IMG/VR virus record: IMGVR_UViG_2713896896_000009
Span: 1-37,881 of that record
Strand: one strand, 5' to 3'
DNA: 37,881 bases
DNA from: a virus
Lineage: Duplodnaviria; Heunggongvirae; Uroviricota; Caudoviricetes
Shown: positions 26,236 through 35,399 of the stretch, piece by piece
Position numbering within the stretch: position 1 is the first letter of the stretch
Layout: each line of letters opens with the position of its first letter
The notes under the pieces: generated by a model
Database searches by the model: none
What the model was told of the DNA's origin: nothing
The model's input: the letters and a program-made list of their open reading frames with translations, nothing else
Translations under genes and position numbers: made by a program

Positions 26236-29073
26236 TCAATCTTTATCGTAAAAACTGCCACGCCCGGCACGGGCACGCCGTTCCATTTCTGCCCTGACCA
26301 TTTCACCGACCAGTTTCGCCAGTTCGCGAGGATTCTGCGTAACAACGTTATGCAGATGGACATGAATTTCACCACCAAATCCGGGGATCGCAGCCTCCCG
26401 GCTGCGGGAAGATGCGGAAACGGGCGCAACTGGCGCACGTGCGGCCTCCACGACCGGACGGGAGCTTGCTGCAACAACAGGGGGCAGCGCCGGAGATAAC
26501 GGAGCCGGGGGCGCGGGAGTGATATTGATTGCAGGAAGAGCCTTGTTGCTCTGCGCAACCTTTCGCTCCTGCCACTCCCCACGAACAGCAAGCGCACGGG
26601 GCAAATTCTTAAAGACAATATCACCGGGGCCGATACGCTTTTTCGTCTCATCAACCAGCTTGCCTGTGTTATCTGCAATTTTGCTGAGCCTGCGCAGCGT
26701 GCCAGTGTTGTTGTCCGTGAGCGGCTTGTTGTCTTTAGGCTTATCGCCTCCGGTCCCTGTTTCCGCAGATTTCGGCGGATTGATTTTTGCCAGGTCCCCC
26801 TGAAGCAAAGCAACCTTGTCCTGAAGAATGGCCGCACGCTGCGCGTCTTCGATTTTCTTTCTCGCCCTTTCCGCTTCATCTGGAAGGACGCCAAGTTTTT
26901 CCAGTATCCATGCCAGCGTATCCAGCAGCATTTTTGCAGGCGTCAGGACAAGCTGTAACGCACCGCCAAGAACGTTGCCGAACACCTCGCCAGCACTGGT
27001 GCATTTATCCAGCGTTTCCTTGCTGGATTCCATCGGTGACAGCAGCGATGTAAACCAGTTAAAGACCTGAATCACGCCATCACGAACCAGTTCGAAAACA
27101 GGGCCAAACCGTTCAAAGGTTTCGCGCAACGGGGCCAGCCGCTCCATAATCCCGCTGAACACCCCGGCAAAAAATGCCCTGATTGGGTCCCAGTATTTCC
27201 AGATGAGAACGGCAGCTCCGGCAAGCGCAGCTACGATAAGACCGACCGGGCTGAACAACGCCCCGATAGCGCCTCCCAGTAAAGAGACGGAACCCGCCAC
27301 CATTCCCCACAGCGCTGGCAGGACCCTGACAGCATTCATTGATCCGGTCAGGAGGGAAAAACCAAGACGCAGTTTTGCCAGCGGGCCAGCAAGCACCCCA
27401 AGAGCCAGTGACAACGAGCCAACCGTTGCAGTCATTGCCAACAGCGCACCGCCTGCAATCAGTAGCTGGCGCGTCAGTGCCGGATGGGCCTGCGCCAGCT
27501 CCGTCACCTTTGAGACCACCCGAGTGAGCCACTGCGTGACAGAGCGCAGCGGACCGTCAATCAGATCCGCAATGCGGATACGCAGCCCCTCCCATGCACT
27601 GCCGAGTGATTTCAGGTCGCCATCAAGGTTATTAGCCATAACCTTTGCCGTGCGTTCAGCCTCACCGTGTGCGCCTTCAAGTTCTTTTCTCAGTTTGGGC
27701 AGAGAACCGTCACCTGCCGCATCAACGAGGGCCATAAATGACGTGAAGGCCTCTTCTCCGGCTATGTCCTTAAAGAACGATACCCGGTCAACTTCCCCGT
27801 ATTTGCGGGTGGCTTTATAAAGGTCGGCCAGCACATCCTCCATCGGGCGCATTTTGCCGTTCGCATCAGAGACAGCCACACCAAGCTCTTTCAGCGCCTC
27901 TGCTGCCGCCTTTGGCGGTGATGCCAGACGAGCAAGGCTGGCACGCATTGCCGTCCCGGCATCACTCCCTCTGATACCCATATTCGCCAGCACGCCCGCC
28001 ATCGCTGCGGCCTGCTCCAGCGATATTCCCAGCTTACCCGCCACCGGACCTGCATATTTCATGGTTTCGCCCAGCGCGCGAAGGTCGGTGTTAGTACGGG
28101 TAAACGCCGCAGTAAGTGTGTCACCGACCCGGTCCATCTGGTCAGCAGAGAGGCCGAACTGCGTCAGGATATTTGAGCCAATATCCGCCGTCTCGCCAAG
28201 GTCCATACCGCCAGCCGTTGCCATGCTCAGCACGCCGGGAAGCGCAGCCTGAATGGCTTCTGGTGTGAAGCCAGCCATAGCAAGAAATGCCTGCCCACTG
28301 GCGGCATCACTCGCAGTAAACTGCGTTTCAGAGCCGAGCTTTAGCGCCTGCTCACGCAGCGCCTTAAACTGCGGGCTGTTCTGGTCAATTCGCGTCAACG
28401 CCTGCACACGGGACATCTCTTTCCCGAATCCGATAGCGGGCTGCAAAAAACGCCCGGCAGCATAGCCGCCAGCCGCTGCCGCACCAGTTGCCAGCGCACC
28501 ACCCGTTTTCAGTTTTCCCGCTGTTTCCTGCGCGCGTGAATACTGCTCACGCGCCCGCGTTACACGCGCAAGCGCCTGTCGTTCGCGTTCAAGCTGGTTG
28601 TTGTACTGTTCGGTGCGTCTGATGGCCTGCTGGATGGTGTTATCGCTGCCTGTCAGGGAAATACCGTGGCGTTTAAGCTCTCCGCCAAGCTCCCGCATTT
28701 TCTGAATTTCCCGTGTGCGCGATTCATTCAGGCGTTCAAGCCGGGTGCTTAACTGCTGCATCAGCCTTTGTTGTTTTTCGCTGAGCACCGTACCCGTGCG
28801 TTGTAACTGATGAAGGGCGTTAAGCTGGCGTCGTGCTTTCACGATGCCAGCATCCGCTTTACTGACAGCATCGCGGGCGCGCTCAAATGAACGCGCCTGA
28901 CGCTCGAGATTTTTGATCGCCCCCTGCGTTCGCTGGATGGAGTCACCAAGCTGTCCCATCAGGCGGCGGGCGTTTTCGGCTGGCCGGGTCAGCCTGTCAA
29001 CAGCACTGAAGGCGACCCGAATGTCAAGAGTCTTCATCGTCTGCATTCCCACTGCGAAGTGCCGCCCGCTCAC
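26236..29073 (-). CDS. T: Tail tape-measure protein, P2 gpT family
   Basis: 945 aa, alanine/glycine-rich with TM-like central repeats, between E' and U. Confidence 0.9.
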   Translation of the reverse strand: MSGRHFAVGMQTMKTLDIRVAFSAVDRLTRPAENARRLMGQLGDSIQRTQGAIKNLERQARSFERARDAVSKADAGIVKARRQLNALHQLQRTGTVLSEKQQRLMQQLSTRLERLNESRTREIQKMRELGGELKRHGISLTGSDNTIQQAIRRTEQYNNQLERERQALARVTRAREQYSRAQETAGKLKTGGALATGAAAAGGYAAGRFLQPAIGFGKEMSRVQALTRIDQNSPQFKALREQALKLGSETQFTASDAASGQAFLAMAGFTPEAIQAALPGVLSMATAGGMDLGETADIGSNILTQFGLSADQMDRVGDTLTAAFTRTNTDLRALGETMKYAGPVAGKLGISLEQAAAMAGVLANMGIRGSDAGTAMRASLARLASPPKAAAEALKELGVAVSDANGKMRPMEDVLADLYKATRKYGEVDRVSFFKDIAGEEAFTSFMALVDAAGDGSLPKLRKELEGAHGEAERTAKVMANNLDGDLKSLGSAWEGLRIRIADLIDGPLRSVTQWLTRVVSKVTELAQAHPALTRQLLIAGGALLAMTATVGSLSLALGVLAGPLAKLRLGFSLLTGSMNAVRVLPALWGMVAGSVSLLGGAIGALFSPVGLIVAALAGAAVLIWKYWDPIRAFFAGVFSGIMERLAPLRETFERFGPVFELVRDGVIQVFNWFTSLLSPMESSKETLDKCTSAGEVFGNVLGGALQLVLTPAKMLLDTLAWILEKLGVLPDEAERARKKIEDAQRAAILQDKVALLQGDLAKINPPKSAETGTGGDKPKDNKPLTDNNTGTLRRLSKIADNTGKLVDETKKRIGPGDIVFKNLPRALAVRGEWQERKVAQSNKALPAINITPAPPAPLSPALPPVVAASSRPVVEAARAPVAPVSASSRSREAAIPGFGGEIHVHLHNVVTQNPRELAKLVGEMVRAEMERRARAGRGSFYDKD

Positions 29074-29242
29074 GCCAGCTAACCACTTCGCCGGGCGTCA
29101 TCATGAAGATTTCGGCGGGCGACCAGTTAAAAATAACGGCAATATCTGCCACAAAGTCTTCTATGTGCTCAAAGCACACAACCGTGATCAGGCTTCCGTC
29201 GCCTGTTCGTTCTTCCCGCCAGAGTCCGCACCGCTCAAAAAA
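29024..29242 (-). CDS. E' extension of the tail assembly chaperone, reached by -1 frameshift
   Basis: The -1 frame is open from the slippery heptamer to the stop at 29024 and overlaps the T start, as in P2 E+E'. Confidence 0.6.
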   Translation of the reverse strand, partial: FFERCGLWREERTGDGSLITVVCFEHIEDFVADIAVIFNWSPAEIFMMTPGEVVSWRERAALRSGNADDEDS

Positions 29243-29556
29243 TTTACGGCAACCACACATAACTGAATAAAGTCACAGGATGCCATTTTTTTGATCGTCA
29301 CTTCATCCAGTCGCGGTGATGTCACGCGTGACAACAGCGTAAACATGGATTCCGCTTTCAGATTCAGCACATCAGACAGCGACAGACCACGCAGGGATCC
29401 AGCCTGCTCAATAGCCCCGGTGATCTCCACATACGTGATTTTTTCGTCGCCTCGCTCAATTGGCTGGGTAAGTTTTACGCCGCGCTCGCTGGTTTCTTTC
29501 GCAGTATCAGCAACCACCACAGCGTTTTCAGTATTGGTATTTTTCGTCTCTTTCAT
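29188..29556 (-). CDS. E: Tail assembly chaperone, P2 gpE family
   Basis: 122-aa ORF between FII and T on the same strand. Confidence 0.7.
   Translation of the reverse strand: MKETKNTNTENAVVVADTAKETSERGVKLTQPIERGDEKITYVEITGAIEQAGSLRGLSLSDVLNLKAESMFTLLSRVTSPRLDEVTIKKMASCDFIQLCVVAVNFLSGADSGGKNEQATEA
29236..29242 (-). other. Programmed -1 frameshift slippery heptamer TTTTTTG
   Basis: Minus-strand T-TTT-TTG within E; slipping -1 enters the E' frame. Same heptamer type as P2 E/E'. Confidence 0.55.
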
Positions 29557-29610
29557 CAGAAAACTCCTTTCAGTCAGAGGCGACGCACTGCGCCGCCTGC
29601 ATATTACTTA

Positions 29611-30123
29611 TCAGCCGAGCCCGAGCGCGGAGCGGATGCGGTCGGGTACAATGTCCTTGCCATCCTTCCGGTAGATGTGGTTCACCAGGTCAATTTCCCA
29701 CACCGGACGATCGTTAATACTCAGCTTGTAGTAGGTGTTTTTGACAGCGTAAGTGTGTGACGTGGCTTCGCCCTGTTTGGCCTCCCCCATATCAATTTCC
29801 GTCACACGCCCGCGCATCTCGATTTCATACAGGTCGCTTTCTGCATCGGTGTAGTATTCACCCGCAAAACGCAGCAGCGTGCCGTCCATTGTTCCGCCAT
29901 ATTTAAGGAACAGCGCACGAACGGCGCCCCCCATGACAAAACTCGCATCAAGCGCGGAATCGTCCAGACCGAGGTCGATACTCACCGCCCCCATCATGCC
30001 ACCACCACGATAGCTGTCGGTTTTACGCGTCAGTTTAGGCGGGGTGACAGACGTCACCTTACCCACTTCATTTTCACCATCCACAAACAGCGTAAAAAAA
30101 CGAAGATGTTTTGGTACGGCCAT
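29611..30123 (-). CDS. FII: Tail tube protein, P2 gpFII family
   Basis: 170 aa at the expected position. Confidence 0.88.
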   Translation of the reverse strand: MAVPKHLRFFTLFVDGENEVGKVTSVTPPKLTRKTDSYRGGGMMGAVSIDLGLDDSALDASFVMGGAVRALFLKYGGTMDGTLLRFAGEYYTDAESDLYEIEMRGRVTEIDMGEAKQGEATSHTYAVKNTYYKLSINDRPVWEIDLVNHIYRKDGKDIVPDRIRSALGLG

Positions 30124-31307
30124 TAAGCACCTCCAAGCACCGCAAATGCAGGACCAAAGAACTCATCAGTGAACGCCTGGTAAAGCTCCATATCTTCCAG
30201 CGGAGGAACGGGCGTATATTTATAGCGAATACGCACGCGCCCCTGTCGCAATTCTGTGGTGCTGTTATCCACGATGTCATACCAGCACGATGCGCCAATC
30301 AGTTTCCCGGCAGTAACCAGCGAATCAAGTTTTGCCCTCATAGCGCTGATAACATCCTTCACGTTCGCAGGCGTCAGTGGACTGTCGATGGTTTCAAACT
30401 GCGCTTCCGCAACCGTGTCAGCCAGCACCTGTGCGGTTCGGGTATACACCTCAAAAATGTAGGCGTTCGTTTCCGGCGTACGGTTACCCCAGAAGCGGAA
30501 CCCGTTGCGGCGAATGATGGTTGTGATTTCTTTGTTGTTGAGGCTGTTGGCATCGCTGTCTTCGGCCTGCAACGACCAGAACACATGCCTGGACATCCCC
30601 AGCACATTTTTGACCGGAACGTTGGACAGCGATTTGTGCCAGCCCTGCTCATGGTCAATGTACGCACGAAGGCCGCACGCATAGGCTGGCGCGGGGAAAA
30701 CCTCATTCTCGCCACTTTTCGGGTTGTAAGCGATGAAGTCCGGCCACAGGAGCATCAGCTCGCGTTCGTTGAATTTTTCACGGTATGCAATGGCTTCAGC
30801 CATCGTGTTACAGCCATGACAGGAGGCATACACAAATGCGCGCAGTTTACCTGCAATCACGCACAGGGATTTTGTCACCGCCTCCGTGTCCAGCCCCGGC
30901 GCGGCCAGAATACGCGGACGGTATCCGATGCTTTCATCCTGCTCTGCAACAAGCAGCGCATACATCCCCGTATAGCTGCCGTCGGATTCAGAACCACCGA
31001 TAACCAGTTGATCCTGTGTTTTTCCGTCTTCTTCTTTGTGTTCAGCCACGCGAACGACGATCACCTTTGTGCTCACCTGGTCTGCAATGGGTTTCAGCGC
31101 ACGGTACAGCGTCCCCGTTGTCCCGCATTTTCCCAGCACGTCATTGACGCGGGTCACTAATGCAGGCTTGTTCAGCGGGAACAGCTTCGCGTCCGCATCG
31201 TCCGCCGTTGCCACGATACCGATAACGCTGGAATCAACGTCGTTAATTGCTGTTACCAGGTCGGTACTTTCCGTAACGCGGGCGCCATGAAAGCGAGTTT
31301 CACTCAT
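30123..31307 (-). CDS. FI: Tail sheath protein, P2 gpFI family
   Basis: 394 aa; start of the minus-strand tail operon. Confidence 0.92.
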   Translation of the reverse strand: MSETRFHGARVTESTDLVTAINDVDSSVIGIVATADDADAKLFPLNKPALVTRVNDVLGKCGTTGTLYRALKPIADQVSTKVIVVRVAEHKEEDGKTQDQLVIGGSESDGSYTGMYALLVAEQDESIGYRPRILAAPGLDTEAVTKSLCVIAGKLRAFVYASCHGCNTMAEAIAYREKFNERELMLLWPDFIAYNPKSGENEVFPAPAYACGLRAYIDHEQGWHKSLSNVPVKNVLGMSRHVFWSLQAEDSDANSLNNKEITTIIRRNGFRFWGNRTPETNAYIFEVYTRTAQVLADTVAEAQFETIDSPLTPANVKDVISAMRAKLDSLVTAGKLIGASCWYDIVDNSTTELRQGRVRIRYKYTPVPPLEDMELYQAFTDEFFGPAFAVLGGA

Positions 31308-31464
31308 AGTTCCAGCCCCTTGTATCCGTTAAATGATTCGGCAACAATCATCACCCACCACGCGCGTAATCTCATCCCTGCGCCGTTCTTGCCGCCCGGC
31401 GACAACAAAAAGCAGTAACCACGCCCGCACACACATGCGACCATGCTGCACAGGGAGGGAGCCG
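31308..31464. promoter_or_regulatory. Divergent intergenic region between FI and D (late promoters expected)
   Basis: 157 bp between divergent starts; no Ogr-type TGT-N12-ACA site could be confidently placed. Confidence 0.3.
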
Positions 31465-32574
31465 ATGATTGACACCACCATGCAACTGTTCAACCAGAGT
31501 ACTGACCCCGTGAAGATGCCTGATTTTGATATTCTCGCGGAGGGGAAAACGCTGTCCGGTGTGGCAGAACGCCTGATGAGCCTGTCACTGACCGACAACC
31601 GGGGATTTGAAGCAGACCAGCTAACCATCACGCTGGATGATGCTGATGGTCAGTTGCAGTTGCCGCCACGGGGCGCTCGCCTGACGGTTCTCATTGGCTG
31701 GAAAGGTGAACCGCTGACAGAAAAAGGCACTTACATTGTTGATGAAATTGCTCATGAAGGACCGCCCGACAGACTGACCATTTCAGCCAGAAGCGCAGAT
31801 TTTCGGGATGAATTTAACGTCAAGCGCGAAGTATCCTGGCATGATGTGACCGTTGAACGCGTGGTGTCTGCAATTGCTCACCGATACGGCCTGAAACCGC
31901 AAATCAGCGAAATGCTGATGGATATTGAAATCGACCACGCTGACCAGACCGAAGAAAGCGACATGTCCTTCCTTACACGCATGGCGGAAATGCTGGGCGC
32001 AATCACCACGGTAAAAAGCGGTAATCTGTTATTCATCATGCCAGGTGGTGGCGTGAACGCGCAGGGAAAACCATTACCATCGTTTGCCATCACACGCAGC
32101 AGTGGCGATCGCCATCAGTTCCGCATTGCTGACCGCGAAGCGTATACGGGGGTACGCGCTTACTGGCTTGATCTTAATTACGGGAAAAAGAAAAAAGTCA
32201 GCGTGAAACGCCGTAAACCGCCAAAACCCAAAAAGGAGAAAAGTAGCAGCCGTGAAGGTGATTATATGGAAGGCGCGGAAGGCAATGTGTTTGTGTTACG
32301 CAAGACTTATCAGAACGAGCAGGCAGCAAGACGCGCAGCGGCGGCAAAGTGGCAGCAGCTACAACGCGGAGCCGCAGCGTTCTCCATCACGCTGGCGCGT
32401 GGACGTGCAGAACTCTATCCCGAAATGCATGGCACGGTGACAGGCTTCAAAAGTGACATCGACAATCAGGACTGGATTATTGCAAAAGCCGAGCACACCA
32501 TTGATAACAGTGGCTTTACCACGCAGCTTGAACTTGAAGCAAAAATCCCGGAATGGATAGCAGAAACAGAGTGA
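31465..32574 (+). CDS. D: Tail/late control protein, P2 gpD family
   Basis: ATG at 31465 after GGGAGGGA; LSLTDNRG.EADQLTITL and the FI-proximal position parallel P2 D. Confidence 0.88.
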   Translation: MIDTTMQLFNQSTDPVKMPDFDILAEGKTLSGVAERLMSLSLTDNRGFEADQLTITLDDADGQLQLPPRGARLTVLIGWKGEPLTEKGTYIVDEIAHEGPPDRLTISARSADFRDEFNVKREVSWHDVTVERVVSAIAHRYGLKPQISEMLMDIEIDHADQTEESDMSFLTRMAEMLGAITTVKSGNLLFIMPGGGVNAQGKPLPSFAITRSSGDRHQFRIADREAYTGVRAYWLDLNYGKKKKVSVKRRKPPKPKKEKSSSREGDYMEGAEGNVFVLRKTYQNEQAARRAAAAKWQQLQRGAAAFSITLARGRAELYPEMHGTVTGFKSDIDNQDWIIAKAEHTIDNSGFTTQLELEAKIPEWIAETE

Positions 32575-32736
32575 GCAACTTAAATGTATTAACTCAGAAC
32601 GGATCAACACACTCACAACATAGAGTCAATATAGCTGCTCGCTTTGTTCCAGCAAGGATGCCTATTTCTAAGGAAAAACAGAGCAGAAACATATGGTGTT
32701 TTTCTACCTGACATCAGGGGTGGTAAGAATCATGCT

Positions 32737-32764
32737 TTGATAACCAATTGATAACTATTATTAT
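32737..32764 (+). promoter_or_regulatory. Candidate sigma70 promoter for the PIN-like gene
   Basis: TTGATA, 16-bp spacer, TATTAT, about 35 bp upstream of the ATG at 32800. Confidence 0.3.
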
Positions 32765-32799
32765 ATTAATCTAACACCATTGACATAGTTGAGGTTTGA

Positions 32800-34302
32800 A
32801 TGAACAAAAAGCTGTATTTATTCCCAGACTCAAACATTTTTCTACAATGCAAGGCCTTGACGCAGGTAAATTTTTCCGAGATTACTGCTTGTGATGAAGT
32901 ATGTATCATTATTACAAGGCCCATTCAGCAAGAGATTGACCGCCAGAAAGGGCAAGGTAATTCCCGCCTATCCAAAAAAGCAAGGAAGGCTGCTAGCCTA
33001 TTTAATCAAGTAGTTGATTCAACTGACATGACTCTTGTTATTCGTGAACGCTCGCCGCGAGTTTTTCTTACCATGGATCTAAGCCTGAAACCATGTGAAC
33101 AGTTATCTGAACAATTGGATTATCAGGAGGCCGACGATCGTTTTGTTGGTATTGCGGCAGGGTATTGCGCTGACGATCCAGATTCGGAGGTGGCAATCAT
33201 TACCAATGATAGCGGTCCACGTTTTTCAGCAATAAAACATAATATAATCTGCTATAAAGTGCCTTCTTCATGGTTGCTTCCTGCTGAGCCAGATGAAAAG
33301 GATAAACAAATTAAATTGCTGGAAGCTAAGCTGAAGCAATTCACTCAGTCTATGCCCGATTTCAGCATTAAAGCAGCCGATGACGAGCAATTAAATATTG
33401 TACTTCCTTATTATACAGCTTTATCTGAATATGAAGTTGATAATTTGCTTTGTCAACTAACGGATGCATTCCCATTGGTTACAAACTTTGACAATGAACA
33501 AACTACCTCACAATCACTAGAAAAAATCATCAAGTCATTTAGTCAACAGGAGTATTTCCCTGTATCAGCAGATGATATTTCTCTTTATAAAGAAAAACAT
33601 TATCCACTTTGGAAAAAGCAGTGTGAAGAAATACTGAAAAACTGTCATACTCATATTAATCCGAAGGCAATAAAATACCCGCTGTCGTTTTTATTACAAA
33701 ACACAGGTTATACTATCGCTGAACGTGCTGTGGTAACATTTACAGCAAAAGGAGATTTTCGTCTGTGTGGATTTAATTGGGAGATAATGGAAGAGCTGAC
33801 TGAAAGCAAAAGGATTGACCTACCTTCAGCCCCTACCGCACCCAAAGGAAAATGGCGTAGTGTATGTGGCGTAACAGAAAGAATGCCTTACGCTTGGGGA
33901 GCTTTGGAAACACCGCTATCCAGTATAATTTCAAAAGAAATTGGTCCTTTGTTATCTCTTACTCCAACAGAAAGGGATAAAAACGATTTTTATTATAAAG
34001 AAAAGAGAAATGTGCCAGTTCAAGTTGTATCACTGGAATGCGAAGAGTGGCGTCATCAAGTCAAAGAAGAAATATTCCCGTTGTTCGTATATACAGCCAA
34101 CAAACCAAAGAAAGTGAATGGTGCAATTGAGGTAAGAGTTGATGCAAATAACCTTACCAATCCGGTCATTAAAACATTTAAATTAAAAATAACTATAGAA
34201 GAACATAGTGCATTTTCAACCATAACAGAAATGGTGCAGACATACATTCAAGAGCAGAAGAAAAGACAGAAAAGTTCTATTAGCGCACAAATCAAAACAT
34301 GA
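32800..34302 (+). CDS. 500-aa protein with N-terminal PIN-like nuclease domain and unassigned C-terminal region
   Basis: Clean ORF with GAGG RBS. The N-terminus shows the PIN arrangement of acidic residues (LFPDSN, DEVCIII, ADDRFVG, IITNDSG). The gene is visibly AT-rich relative to flanking phage genes and is inserted between D and ogr. Confidence 0.6.
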   Translation: MNKKLYLFPDSNIFLQCKALTQVNFSEITACDEVCIIITRPIQQEIDRQKGQGNSRLSKKARKAASLFNQVVDSTDMTLVIRERSPRVFLTMDLSLKPCEQLSEQLDYQEADDRFVGIAAGYCADDPDSEVAIITNDSGPRFSAIKHNIICYKVPSSWLLPAEPDEKDKQIKLLEAKLKQFTQSMPDFSIKAADDEQLNIVLPYYTALSEYEVDNLLCQLTDAFPLVTNFDNEQTTSQSLEKIIKSFSQQEYFPVSADDISLYKEKHYPLWKKQCEEILKNCHTHINPKAIKYPLSFLLQNTGYTIAERAVVTFTAKGDFRLCGFNWEIMEELTESKRIDLPSAPTAPKGKWRSVCGVTERMPYAWGALETPLSSIISKEIGPLLSLTPTERDKNDFYYKEKRNVPVQVVSLECEEWRHQVKEEIFPLFVYTANKPKKVNGAIEVRVDANNLTNPVIKTFKLKITIEEHSAFSTITEMVQTYIQEQKKRQKSSISAQIKT

Positions 34303-34545
34303 GGGTGTACTCAAATAATACAATGCTATAGTAAATCTATAAGTGCATAACTATTTCCTGATCTTTTCCCAAAATAGATGACAGGATAAAAAACATTCCA
34401 ATCTTTTACAGGCTTTGGATAAATCTTATCAAAGCCTATTTCTTCAAGAGTTAAATCACCGCTTTTCGCTCGAAACGGACTGGCTGTTGGAGTATGAGCC
34501 AGAACAACTTAGAATAGCCCCTGCACTACGTTAAGGGAGGTCGCT

Positions 34546-34806
34546 ATGTTCCGTTGTCCGCTTTGTCGCGCATCTGCCCGTATCCGCACCAGTCGTCCTG
34601 AAAATGATTCAAACACCGTGCGGCAAAAGTATTACCAGTGTAACAATCTAGAATGCGGCGTATGCTTCTCAACACTGGAAGCTTTCCATAAATTCACATC
34701 GAAACACGCCTCCGGCGTTCACTCTTCAGAAGGTATCCCGTGGCATGAGCTGCCAGCTTCACACAGGGGAAACAATCAGATGAGTTTGCCTTTGCCTCAA
34801 AATTAA
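34546..34806 (+). CDS. ogr: Ogr/Delta-type zinc-finger late-gene activator
   Basis: MFRCPLCRASARIRTSR...YYQCNNLEC matches the P2 Ogr C2C2 zinc-finger N-terminus. Confidence 0.85.
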   Translation: MFRCPLCRASARIRTSRPENDSNTVRQKYYQCNNLECGVCFSTLEAFHKFTSKHASGVHSSEGIPWHELPASHRGNNQMSLPLPQN

Positions 34807-34866
34807 CAGGCAGAATTGCCGGAGTAACAAAAAAGCGATAGATTACGCGCGGGTGCCTTTCGGCTA

Positions 34867-35079
34867 ATGGCTGGAGGGAATACCCAAAGGCCGGATGTGG
34901 AAAGGCCCCGGAAAACATCTCTGTTTAACCGAGGCCCTGACCATCTAACCTTAGCAAGTGATAGGTTAGCGCCTCCACAAAAAAGGAGCAAGCGCTATGT
35001 CGCAAAAATCGCTGATAGCCATCACGTTCTGCGTGACGGTAATCCTCATCATCTGGATGCTGCACGGTTCGCTGTGTGA
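34867..35079 (+). CDS. mok-like overlapping reading frame
   Basis: 70-aa ORF overlapping hok in another frame, as in hok/mok/sok loci. Confidence 0.4.
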   Translation: MAGGNTQRPDVERPRKTSLFNRGPDHLTLASDRLAPPQKRSKRYVAKIADSHHVLRDGNPHHLDAARFAV

Positions 35080-35137
35080 AATACGGATGAGCTTCTGGGG
35101 AGCGGAGTTTGCGGCGTTCTTACAGTGTAAGCAGTAA
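34997..35137 (+). CDS. hok: Hok/Gef-family type I toxin (46 aa)
   Basis: MSQKSLIAITFCVTVILIIWMLHGSLCEIRMSFWGAEFAAFLQCKQ has an N-terminal TM followed by the Hok signature SLCEIR and a C-terminal Cys; AAGGAG RBS. Confidence 0.75.
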   Translation: MSQKSLIAITFCVTVILIIWMLHGSLCEIRMSFWGAEFAAFLQCKQ

Positions 35138-35146
35138 GGAAACCGC

Positions 35147-35168
35147 GACGGGGGAGTAATCCCCCGTC
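35147..35168 (+). terminator. Stable hairpin immediately after hok
   Basis: gacggggga-gtaa-tcccccgtc. Confidence 0.4.
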
Positions 35169-35399
35169 AATCGGGGGCTAGGGTAAGGTCGATAAGGCAC
35201 CCTATCTCACAGCTCTAAATGCAAAAATTCCATGAAACTGTGGGATTTTTGCATCACATACTGATACAGACCAGCCCTTCTATATGCCTCACTCTATACC
35301 AGCTAATCAATTGACACTTATCAATAAAAAAAAATCTGATAAAATCAAAATGTTTTGTAACAAATATCAACTCGTATTAATCCAAAGGAGGCGGATTAC

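Noticed and set aside
27203-27820. 205-aa plus-strand ORF (and several others between 26173 and 28465) antisense to the tape-measure gene
   Set aside because: Tape-measure genes are alanine- and glycine-rich and generate long spurious antisense frames; none has an RBS or recognisable family.
30111-31160. 349-aa plus-strand ORF antisense to the tail sheath gene
   Set aside because: Overlaps the strongly supported sheath gene on the opposite strand; low-complexity translation; no independent start signals.
31328-31350. Ogr-type late promoter site (TGT-N12-ACA) in the FI/D divergent region
   Set aside because: The only TGT...ACA pairs found have the wrong spacing (about 20 nt), so no site is annotated.
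35311-35345. Sigma70 promoter for the zinc-ribbon gene from TTGACA at 35311 and TGATAAAAT at 35337
   Set aside because: The spacer between the two elements is about 23 bp, too long for a canonical promoter; only the extended -10-like element might be functional, so no promoter feature is annotated.
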